This document shows positions 1 through 8,349 of a DNA stretch of 64,000 nucleotides, one piece after another (the stretch's first letter is position 1; every line of letters starts with the position of its first letter). The DNA is from Candidatus Zhuqueibacterota bacterium (GTDB lineage Bacteria > Zhuqueibacterota > Zhuqueibacteria > Thermofontimicrobiales > Thermofontimicrobiaceae). The translations under genes and the position numbers were made by a program. The stretch is from positions 160,001-224,000 of the forward strand of contig JBMOPW010000035.1 in assembly GCA_049322915.1 (NCBI GenBank), given 5' to 3'. Under the pieces are notes generated by a model. That model had not been told where the DNA came from and did no database searches. It saw nothing but the letters and a program-made list of their open reading frames with translations.

Positions 1-2
1 CC

Positions 3-1655
3 GTCGATGTGATTGAAGCAAACTATTCCTTAAATGCATCAATCCAGGAAACAGATGGTGCGTTGCAACAATTCCAGGAAAATCAAAATCTTCATGGCGG
101 AATTCGCATCGCCAATTCACAAAATAATCATGCCGGCACATTGGGAGGATTTGTCAGGGATCGCTACTCTGGTACTAATATGATTCTCAGCACCTGGCAT
201 GTGCTTGCCGGCTCATGGAATACGCAACAGGGAATCCCTGTTTGCCTACCGGCAGATTCAACAGAAAGACGCAATCAGCCTGAGTTTGTTGCTGAATATA
301 CGAGAAGTGCGATCGCACATCACTTTGACGCCGCAGTGGCATGCTTGAAAAATCAATATAACTGTCATAACAACCAGTCAGGAATCGGGCCTGTGAACGG
401 GGTGACCGCGCCCCGACTGGGGATGAAAGTAATGAAATCCGGCGCCGGCACAAACGTGACGTCAGGTATCATCACAGGAATATCAGGCTGCCTGGTTCAG
501 AATTATTATGGGCGCCAGTACTCTATTCGTTCGGTAATTCATATTTTGCCCTTGCAACGAAATACTGAAATGTGCGCTTCCGGTGATTCCGGCGCCTGGT
601 GGTTGGAACAGTCAACTTCGTACGCTGTGGGCTTGCATATTGCCGGAAATTCAGATGCATCTTCTTCGCTCGCAGTGAATATGCAGGATGTCTTAGATGT
701 GTTGGAAGTTGATGTCATCACTGAACGCAGCGGGCCTTCATGGCTGCCAAAAGCTACAACTCTTTCAGATAAATCTAAAACTGAAAATAACTATCAATCC
801 ATTCGTTCTACGCCAGAAGAAAATGAGGCATCGCCAATGAGTCCCGCGATTATAAAATATCAACATCCCGGACAGTTTGTCCCTGTTAATTTTCAATCAA
901 TTCCTGAGCATACTGCAAAAAGAAACTATCGAAAAATTGTTTTCACAAAGATCGTATTATTATTACACCAAAATATCAGGAGTATAGTCAGGAGTTTTAT
1001 CTATCTATTTTTCTTGTTGATGAGCTACTTCACCGTTTCAAATTTTAATTCCAACAATGAACCAAAACCAGATCAGCTCCTGAATCAAATAAATCATTTG
1101 CATGAGGTGGCACAACAGATTTCAGCCATCCGGCAAATCGATGCACTGCGCGACAGAAGGATCAAAAAGATAGTTTCCATTATTGATAAATACAATGAAC
1201 GAATGGCGCCTGAACTGAAAGTCAGCATCGCCAGTGAGATTTTTGAGATGACCATCAGGTACGAGAATCTCGATATTGAATTGATCTGCGCGACAATTAC
1301 GCATGAAAGCGCCCTGACATGGAATCCTGAAATCGTTTCGCCGGTCGGGGCAATGGGATTGATGCAGATTTTACCCACGACCGGCAGTTACCTGGCTCGC
1401 CAGGAGGGAATTTTAGATTATCAGGCAAAAGAAATACTTTTCAATCCAAATTATAATATTCGTCTCGGCTGCCGCTATTTATCCAATTTAATTGAAGTTT
1501 ACAGCATCGATGGCGGTTTGGCCGCTTATAACGGAGGAATGAAACGAGCTGAAAAATGGGTGCGAAGCGGGCGTGCTGATGGTATTTTGCACGAAGAAAC
1601 GGCGCTCTATGTCCCGTCAATTTTAAAATTTTATGAAATGTTTAAATGTATGTGA
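3..1655 (+). CDS. Fusion protein, 5'-truncated: Nal1-like/trypsin-like serine protease + low-complexity linker + TM helix + SLT lytic transglycosylase
   Basis: Frame is open to the window edge (GTC GAT GTG). Protease triad motifs GTLG..ILSTWHVLA, DAAVA, GDSGAWW, VGLHIAG; hydrophobic stretch SFIYLFFLLMSYFTV; SLT motifs HESA, GAMGLMQILP, AAYNGG, ETALYV. Confidence 0.8.
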   Translation, partial: VDVIEANYSLNASIQETDGALQQFQENQNLHGGIRIANSQNNHAGTLGGFVRDRYSGTNMILSTWHVLAGSWNTQQGIPVCLPADSTERRNQPEFVAEYTRSAIAHHFDAAVACLKNQYNCHNNQSGIGPVNGVTAPRLGMKVMKSGAGTNVTSGIITGISGCLVQNYYGRQYSIRSVIHILPLQRNTEMCASGDSGAWWLEQSTSYAVGLHIAGNSDASSSLAVNMQDVLDVLEVDVITERSGPSWLPKATTLSDKSKTENNYQSIRSTPEENEASPMSPAIIKYQHPGQFVPVNFQSIPEHTAKRNYRKIVFTKIVLLLHQNIRSIVRSFIYLFFLLMSYFTVSNFNSNNEPKPDQLLNQINHLHEVAQQISAIRQIDALRDRRIKKIVSIIDKYNERMAPELKVSIASEIFEMTIRYENLDIELICATITHESALTWNPEIVSPVGAMGLMQILPTTGSYLARQEGILDYQAKEILFNPNYNIRLGCRYLSNLIEVYSIDGGLAAYNGGMKRAEKWVRSGRADGILHEETALYVPSILKFYEMFKCM

Positions 1656-1822
1656 AAAAGCGTCTGATCACGGCAGCACATCGATCGCAAAAACTAATTC
1701 AACTCCCATCGCAGCGGTGGTGGTTTCAGCCGATTGATCGAATCCTAAAAATTTAGGCACAGCAGTTTAATGAAAATACCCCGCTAATCAAACATTCAAT
1801 AAAGTTTTCAGGTATATTCTTC

Positions 1823-1891
1823 ACCGCAATGAGCGCAAAGTAAAAGCAAGGCGCGCAAGGAAAAACTTTGCGCTCGTTGCGCCCTTGCGGT
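1823..1891. repeat. REP-like imperfect inverted repeat made of GCGCAAAG-type units
   Basis: GCAATGAGCGCAAAGT (1826-1841) pairs with ACTTTGCGCTCGTTGC (1865-1880); alternative pairing ACCGCAA/TTGCGGT. Confidence 0.6.
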
Positions 1892-1933
1892 TAATCTTTT
1901 TTTCATAAACCTGTCATTCGCATTAACTCCAAC

Positions 1934-1962
1934 TTGACTTTTCTGGAATATTTACATATATT
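1934..1962 (+). promoter_or_regulatory. sigma70-type promoter for alpha-2-macroglobulin
   Basis: TTGACT-N17-TATATT; the same architecture recurs upstream of several genes in the window. Confidence 0.7.
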
Positions 1963-2101
1963 TCATTCAGCCAGGAAATTTAAAAAAACCTGCTCGGAAA
2001 TCAAACATATAATTTGGCTTTTCTATTTTTCCTGTTTTTCCGTGTCATTCGTGGGCAAAAAACTAACAACCCAAAACATCCTTAACCGACGAGGCATTCA
2101 C

Positions 2102-5100
2102 ATGAAAAACGAATCCACACCGAAAGCTTCAAAAAACGCCGGCGAAAAATCACCGCGCAAAGGCGGCGCCAATTTAGTACTACTTTACAGCATCATCGGG
2201 ATACTCTCGGTGGTCATCATCGTCGGAATGGTTTTCATCATTCAACAGAATAAACGGGAAACCGTTCGCATCGAGTCGTTTTCGCCGCGGGACGAAGTGC
2301 AGCAGACTACAAACTTCACCATTACTTTTTCGCGACCGATCATTGCGGATTCAGTCGTGAACAATTGGCTGCCTGATGCGCTCATTTCGTTCCAACCGAC
2401 TATCCCCGGCCGATGGCAATGGATCGGCTCGGACAAAATTCGTTTTTACCCGGATGTGATGCTCCTGCCTTCGACGAATTATTCCGCTCAAATTTCTGCC
2501 GGCCTGCTCGTGCAATATGGTTTTATTTTACGGGGAGAAAAAACTTTCACTTTTTTCACGCCGAAATTCAAAGTCAATAGCTCATCCCTGGTTTTCGAAT
2601 TCATTCCGGAGTCGCAGCAGCAGGTGAAACTGCTGGCCTCCGTGGAATTCAACTACCCGGTCGAGCCCACGGATGTCCTGAAAAACGGGATGCTTCGCTA
2701 CAAAGACGGCAGGAACATTTCTTTCTTTGTGAAAACAACTTCAGCCCAAAAGATCATCGAACTGGAATCCGACCCGATAAAAGAAACCGAGGATGAAAAG
2801 GACATCGAGTTCGTCCTGTCCCGGGATTTGCGGCCGATAGGCGCCAACCTGGGTTTGAGTGAGGACTACACAGCGCCGATCATTTTACCGCGCCAGCAGG
2901 ATTTGAAAGTGGAGCATGTGTCGCCAATCCGCGAATCGGCGCAGCAGGGTTCCATCAAAATTCAATTCAACATGCCCGTGAATCCGAAAACTGCCGGTCA
3001 GTTCATCACTGTGGAGCCGCGACTGAGCTATCAACTGACCGCGTCGCATCATTATCTGCACATCAAAGGTCAGTTTGAAATGGACACAGCATACACCGTA
3101 ACGCTGCGACAGGGCTTGCGAGCTGTGGATGGATCGTCCCTGACGCGCGATTTTACCAGTTCGGTCTCGTTTTTGAAAGAAGATATTCCGCCGCAAATCG
3201 ATTTCGTCGGTGATGGGTTCTATCTCACGCGCAGCGGCTTTCTCAATCTGGGCATGGCGACTATCAATATGGACGAAGTGACGGTTGAAATCGATAAAAT
3301 CTATGCCAACAACATCAACTTTTTATTGAATCAAAATGACCTTGCCGAGAACAGCAGCTATTACTGGTACGACATTCACCAGATGGGAACGCGCATCGCA
3401 GAGTACGATGTGCCCATTGAAAAACTGGTGAACGAAGAAGTCGTCACTCCCATCAACATCGAAAAATATATCAGGAATGAGCATCGCGGCATTTTTAACA
3501 TTGCTGCATTTCATAAGGAACAGCGCTGGATCCGCGCGTCGAAATGGGTGATTGCTACGGACATGGGGATGGTGGCCAAAAAAGCCGGCGGCGATTTATG
3601 GGTGTGGGTGAATTCGCTCGTCTCACTTGCGCCAGTCGCCAACGCGGACATCCAGTTGCTCAGCCAGAACAACCAACTGATTGCGACAAAAAAGACGGAC
3701 GTGAATGGGCTTTGTATGTTCGAAGGCGTCCTCGCCGGCAGCGAAGAATTTCCGCCCTATCTGCTCGTCGCGACGAATGGGGACGATCTGTCCTTTCTGG
3801 AATTGACGCGGCGACAGATTGCCACAACCGATTTTGATGTGGACGGCGCGCTTTATTTGCAGCATGGCTTTGAAGCTTTCCTGTACAATGAGCGGGGCGT
3901 GTACCGGCCGGGCGAAACCGCGCGTCTCGCTGCCATGGTTCGCTGCGAAAATGCATCCGTGCCGGTGCCTTTTCCGGTGATCCTCCGCGTGTTGGGCCCG
4001 GATGAGCGCATTCACGAGGAACAGCGCGCCACGTTGAACGAGCAGGGCGCCGCGGAGTTCGCAGTGGCTTTCCCGGAGTACGTGAAGACTGGAAAATACA
4101 CAGCGCTGCTGCTGGTCGGCGAGAGCGATGAAATTGGCCGCACAAGCTTCAACGTGGAAGAATTCATCCCGGACCGGATGAAAGTCAGCCTGGCTACGGA
4201 TCGGGATGAGTATCGCGCCGGCGCGGAAATGACAGTCGATGTGCAGGGCATGACCCTGTTTGGCCCGCCAGCCTCTGGCAGACTGGTTCAGGCCGACATC
4301 GTCATCGAGCCATTCGAGTTTTCACCAGCGAAATGGAAATCCTACACATTTGGCTGCGATGAGGTCATTTTCAACCGGTTCAAACAGGACTTTGGCGAAG
4401 AATTTCTCGATGAAGACGGTACGCTCAGTTACATCTATTCCATTTCCAGTGAATTAAAAGCGCCATCCTCGTTGCGGGGAATTGTCTCGGCGACCGTGCT
4501 GGAACCCGGCGGCCGCGGCGTGAGCGGGTACAAAGGCGTCATCATTCATCCCTACGAAAGCTACGTCGGGCTGAGACAGGCCAAAGAAGGCTATGCCGAG
4601 CCGCATCGTCCGACCGAAATTCAATTTATCGCTGTCGACACGCAGGGCAATCCGGCGCCCGGTCGGGACATTGAAGTGGCCTGTTACCGGGTGTACTGGC
4701 AGTCCATCCTCAAACGCGTTGACCGGCTGGGCACCTACCGCTACGTCTCTGAAAAAGTGGAAGATCTGGTCCAAAAACTGGAAGTGACATCAGCATCGGA
4801 ACCGGGCGTATTCGCCGTGACGCCGGAAGATTACGGCAGCTATCGGGTCGTCGCCACCGATGTCAGGTCCGGCGCGGTCTCATCCATCACATTTTACGCC
4901 AGCGGTTGGGGCTATTCGCCCTGGGCACTGGACAATCCGGATCGCATCGAGTTAGACCTGGATAAAGAGCGCTACATGCCCGGCGAGACTGCCACCGTGC
5001 AGGTGCGCGCGCCATTTGCCGGCAAATTGCTGCTCACAGTGGAGCGTGAAAAAGTGCTATTCAGCCAGGTTCACACAATGACCGAAAACACCGCTGCGAT

Positions 5101-7564
5101 CAAAGTGCCCATCAAGGCCACGTTCAAACCCAACGTATACATTTCCGCGCATCTCATTCGCTCCACGGAATCGCTGGAGCGGGATACGCCGGTCCGGGCC
5201 TTCGGTGCAACACCACTGTTTTTGGACAATAGCGACAACCAGCTTTCGCTGGAATTGAAAGCGCCGGATGAGATGCGTCCGCTGGGGAAGCTAAGCATCG
5301 AACTGAAAGTGAAAAATAAAACGACCAAAACGCCATTCGTTACCATCGCTGCGGTGGACGAGGGCATCTGCCAACTCACGGAATTCGATACGCCGGATCC
5401 CCATGCGTTTTTCTTCAGCAAGAAGCGGCTCTCCGTGGAAACCGTCGATGTGTACGGCGTGGTTCTGCCGGAAATTGAGTCCGGAAAATCCTCGCCGTCA
5501 GGGGATGTGGAAGCGCAGCGAAAGCGAAGCATCACGCCGGTGAGCGTCACGCGCACGCGGCCGGTGGCCTACTGGTCCGGTCTGCTCAAAACAGACCGCA
5601 GCGGTCGCGCCCGCGTCGAATTCGATATTCCGCAGTTCAACGGCACCATCCGGATCATGGCTGCGGCGTGCGCTGACAACAACTTTGGCAATTTCGAAAA
5701 GAAAGTGCTGGTCCGCGAGCCGATTGTGCTCACGCCGACCTTTCCACGATTTGTAGCCAGCCGGGATCAATTCGTCATCCCGGTCAGTATTTTCAACGGG
5801 ACTGGCAGCGCCGGGACATTCGATGCGACCCTGAACGTGAAGGGCCCGGCCAGACTGATTCAATCCGAAGTGCAGCGAGCCACGATCGCTGCCGGCGCGG
5901 AGGGACAGGTTTTCTTCGAAGTTCAGGCCGACGAGAGCATGGGCGCGCTGGAATTCCGATTGAGCGTTCAGGGCAATGGCAAACAGACCAGCATGGCGAC
6001 GGAAATACCGCTCCGGCCGCCGGTGCCGTTCATCACGCTTTCCGGCCAGGGTTCTGTGAAACAGGGCGCACCGGCGTCGTTTCATTTCCCATCCGAATGG
6101 CTGCCCGGCACCACTGATTTTTCCATCTCTGTTTCATCGTTCCCGGCAGTGCAATTTGCCGGCAGCCTGGGGTATCTGCTCCATTATCCCCACGGCTGCG
6201 TCGAGCAGACCACCTCGCAAGTGTTCCCCCTGCTCTATTTCAGCGATCTGGCGCGGGTTGTCGAGCCGGCGCTGTTCAAACAAAATAGCGCTGAATATTT
6301 CATCGAAGAGGGAATTTCCAAACTGGAGACAATGCAGCAGCCGTCCGGCGCGTTCTCGTACTGGCCGGAAGGCGAATACATCAACAACTGGAGTTCCATT
6401 TACGCTGCGCATTTCCTCGTCGAAGCGAGACGCCTGGGCTATGAAATTTCCAACCGGGTGTACAACAAAATGATCGATGCGCTGGAAAATTTCACGCGGG
6501 ATTATCGCAGCGACGACCGCTATGGCTACGAGACCGCGGTGTACGCCTGCTACGTGCTGGCGCTGGCCAATCAACCCAGTAAAAGCACTATGCTCTACGT
6601 GAAGAACTCCAGCCACGACAAGTTGAGCGCCTATTCCCGCTATCAATTAGCCGGCGCATTCGCTCTGTCCGGCGACATGCAAACCGCGCGGGAGTTGCTG
6701 CCCAGAACTGTGGCCATCTTTCAGTCGGACCGCACCCGGGAGACCGGGCAAAATTTCAATTCGCCAATTCGCGCTCAGGCCATCATGCTCGACATCCTGG
6801 CGGAAGTGGACCCGACTCATCCGTCAGTGCCGGCGCTGATCGAAAGCATCTCTGGCGCTGCTTCGGAAAACGGGCGCTGGGGCACAACCCAGGAGAATGC
6901 GTTTGCGTTTTTAGCCTTGGGCAAAATTTTGAAGAAGCAGGAAAAAGGCAATTACACCGGGAATATCACCATCGACGGCCAAACGCTTTCGGCCATCACC
7001 CAGGACAGCCGGAATTTCTCAGCAAAAGACTGGGCCGGCAAAACAGTCCGCATCGACATACAGGGCCAGGGAACGTGTTACTATTCCTGGCGAGCCGATG
7101 GCATTCCATCGACGCTGCGCATCGATGAATACGATCACGATCTGATGGTGCGCCGCGTTTATTTGAACGAACAGGGAATTCCCATCTCCGGCGCCAGCTT
7201 CGAGCAGGGGGACATGGTGATCGCGAAAATCACGGTGAAGGCGCTCACGGAGTCGCTGGAGAATGTCGCCATTGTCGACATGCTGCCAGCAGGACTGGAG
7301 ATCGAAAATCCGAGGCTGCAATCGCGCAAGGGCATTCAGTGGATCGATCAAAATGAGCCGATCCCAACCTACATGGATATTCGCGACGACCGCATGATTA
7401 TGTACGGCAATTTTCCATTGGGTCGCGAAACGACCTTCTACTATGGATTGCGGGCAGTGGCCGAAGGATCGTTCATTCTCCCGCCCATTCGCGCCGAAGC
7501 CATGTACGCGCCCATGAAGGCGTCGGTGGCGTCGAGCGGCAACATTGTCGTTCGAAAACCGTGA
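2102..7564 (+). CDS. Bacterial alpha-2-macroglobulin (YfhM-like), inner-membrane anchored
   Basis: About 1820 aa; thioester motif YPHGCVEQ; ERGVYRPGE, VEEFIPDRMKV, IAAVDEGI, WGTTQENAFA, DMLPAGLEIEN, DIRDDR; N-terminal TM anchor; ATG 2102 follows GAGG; pbpC downstream. Confidence 0.95.
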   Translation: MKNESTPKASKNAGEKSPRKGGANLVLLYSIIGILSVVIIVGMVFIIQQNKRETVRIESFSPRDEVQQTTNFTITFSRPIIADSVVNNWLPDALISFQPTIPGRWQWIGSDKIRFYPDVMLLPSTNYSAQISAGLLVQYGFILRGEKTFTFFTPKFKVNSSSLVFEFIPESQQQVKLLASVEFNYPVEPTDVLKNGMLRYKDGRNISFFVKTTSAQKIIELESDPIKETEDEKDIEFVLSRDLRPIGANLGLSEDYTAPIILPRQQDLKVEHVSPIRESAQQGSIKIQFNMPVNPKTAGQFITVEPRLSYQLTASHHYLHIKGQFEMDTAYTVTLRQGLRAVDGSSLTRDFTSSVSFLKEDIPPQIDFVGDGFYLTRSGFLNLGMATINMDEVTVEIDKIYANNINFLLNQNDLAENSSYYWYDIHQMGTRIAEYDVPIEKLVNEEVVTPINIEKYIRNEHRGIFNIAAFHKEQRWIRASKWVIATDMGMVAKKAGGDLWVWVNSLVSLAPVANADIQLLSQNNQLIATKKTDVNGLCMFEGVLAGSEEFPPYLLVATNGDDLSFLELTRRQIATTDFDVDGALYLQHGFEAFLYNERGVYRPGETARLAAMVRCENASVPVPFPVILRVLGPDERIHEEQRATLNEQGAAEFAVAFPEYVKTGKYTALLLVGESDEIGRTSFNVEEFIPDRMKVSLATDRDEYRAGAEMTVDVQGMTLFGPPASGRLVQADIVIEPFEFSPAKWKSYTFGCDEVIFNRFKQDFGEEFLDEDGTLSYIYSISSELKAPSSLRGIVSATVLEPGGRGVSGYKGVIIHPYESYVGLRQAKEGYAEPHRPTEIQFIAVDTQGNPAPGRDIEVACYRVYWQSILKRVDRLGTYRYVSEKVEDLVQKLEVTSASEPGVFAVTPEDYGSYRVVATDVRSGAVSSITFYASGWGYSPWALDNPDRIELDLDKERYMPGETATVQVRAPFAGKLLLTVEREKVLFSQVHTMTENTAAIKVPIKATFKPNVYISAHLIRSTESLERDTPVRAFGATPLFLDNSDNQLSLELKAPDEMRPLGKLSIELKVKNKTTKTPFVTIAAVDEGICQLTEFDTPDPHAFFFSKKRLSVETVDVYGVVLPEIESGKSSPSGDVEAQRKRSITPVSVTRTRPVAYWSGLLKTDRSGRARVEFDIPQFNGTIRIMAAACADNNFGNFEKKVLVREPIVLTPTFPRFVASRDQFVIPVSIFNGTGSAGTFDATLNVKGPARLIQSEVQRATIAAGAEGQVFFEVQADESMGALEFRLSVQGNGKQTSMATEIPLRPPVPFITLSGQGSVKQGAPASFHFPSEWLPGTTDFSISVSSFPAVQFAGSLGYLLHYPHGCVEQTTSQVFPLLYFSDLARVVEPALFKQNSAEYFIEEGISKLETMQQPSGAFSYWPEGEYINNWSSIYAAHFLVEARRLGYEISNRVYNKMIDALENFTRDYRSDDRYGYETAVYACYVLALANQPSKSTMLYVKNSSHDKLSAYSRYQLAGAFALSGDMQTARELLPRTVAIFQSDRTRETGQNFNSPIRAQAIMLDILAEVDPTHPSVPALIESISGAASENGRWGTTQENAFAFLALGKILKKQEKGNYTGNITIDGQTLSAITQDSRNFSAKDWAGKTVRIDIQGQGTCYYSWRADGIPSTLRIDEYDHDLMVRRVYLNEQGIPISGASFEQGDMVIAKITVKALTESLENVAIVDMLPAGLEIENPRLQSRKGIQWIDQNEPIPTYMDIRDDRMIMYGNFPLGRETTFYYGLRAVAEGSFILPPIRAEAMYAPMKASVASSGNIVVRKP

Positions 7565-7630
7565 TGGTGAAAAGTAAATTGGTGAGTTGTGAGTGGTAAA
7601 ATTGTGATTGGTGAAGGTGAACTGGTGAGC
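7561..7630. repeat. Degenerate ~7-bp tandem array (TGGTGA(A/G)-like) at the A2M / TA-cassette junction
   Basis: gtgatggtgaaaagtaaattggtgagttgtgagtggtaaaattgtgattggtgaaggtgaactggtgag. Confidence 0.65.
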
Positions 7631-7632
7631 GG

Positions 7633-7977
7633 TTAGATGTAGATCAAATTGTTGACCATTTCATCTGCTGTTAACTCATTCAGGATTGATAGAATTCTTG
7701 GAAGAAGTTCGTATACGGGCCGTCTGTTTGCAATGATGATGCCAGAATGGGACCAGTTGTTTTTCAAAAAGTGAGAATGCATTTCTTCAAAATGTTTCCT
7801 ATTATGCGTCAGGATGCAGCGGCCTTGCAAGACAGCGAATGCAAGCTGTTCGGGATCGTCTTTTGCCAACATCTCAGAATCGAGCGCCGTTATCGCGTTG
7901 AACCCTCTTGCCTGGAGAATTTTCACTAACAGTACAGAAACATCTTCGTCCAAATATAACTCGATGAAAAGTTTCAA
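7633..7977 (-). CDS. DUF5615 family PIN-like toxin (VapC45-like)
   Basis: LYLDEDVS, DPEQLAFA, ILTHNRKHF, HSGII motifs; TTG start overlaps the antitoxin stop (TTGA). Confidence 0.88.
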   Translation of the reverse strand: MKLFIELYLDEDVSVLLVKILQARGFNAITALDSEMLAKDDPEQLAFAVLQGRCILTHNRKHFEEMHSHFLKNNWSHSGIIIANRRPVYELLPRILSILNELTADEMVNNLIYI

Positions 7978-8267
7978 GATTGTCCCTTTAGAATCGGATG
8001 TATTTTATCTTCAGGCACATGATTCTCTTCGATGTATGTATTTATTTCATCTTGATTCTCGCTGTAGAAACCCAGCGCATCGAAAATTTGGGCGAGAGAA
8101 ATATGGGGAAGATGCACAGGAATTTCTTCCGGTTGAACGCCGGTTCGCCACAGTTCAACAATAGCGCGCACCGTTGTTTTCGTCCCGGAAATAATCGGTT
8201 CGCCTTTGCATATTTTGGGGTTTCGCGAGATGTATGGATGGATGATTTTTTTGGCGGCTTGTTCCAT
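7974..8267 (-). CDS. DUF433 family antitoxin (VapB45-like)
   Basis: HPYISRNPKICKGEPIISGTKTTVRAIVE...PEEI...QIFDALGFY, typical DUF433. Confidence 0.9.
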   Translation of the reverse strand: MEQAAKKIIHPYISRNPKICKGEPIISGTKTTVRAIVELWRTGVQPEEIPVHLPHISLAQIFDALGFYSENQDEINTYIEENHVPEDKIHPILKGQS

Positions 8268-8297
8268 TTTTCATTTTTCATTTGGATTAATTTTCAC

Positions 8298-8336
8298 TTT
8301 GAAAATAAATTTATTATTTTAATTTTCAAAATGCAA
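8298..8336 (-). promoter_or_regulatory. Promoter of the TA operon overlapped by an inverted repeat (candidate autoregulatory operator)
   Basis: Minus strand TTGCAT-N17-TAAATT (8336-8308); TTTGAAAAT (8298-8306) / ATTTTCAAA (8322-8330) inverted repeat. Confidence 0.55.
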
Positions 8337-8349
8337 GTTTAAATTTGAA

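Noticed and set aside
1934..2101. N-terminal extension of the A2M ORF (similar extensions at 11387, 24184, 24598, 28386, 32051, 36775, 40050, 43282)
   Set aside because: At 1934 the TTG is the -35 box; in each case a downstream ATG with a better RBS or signal peptide gives a more plausible start.
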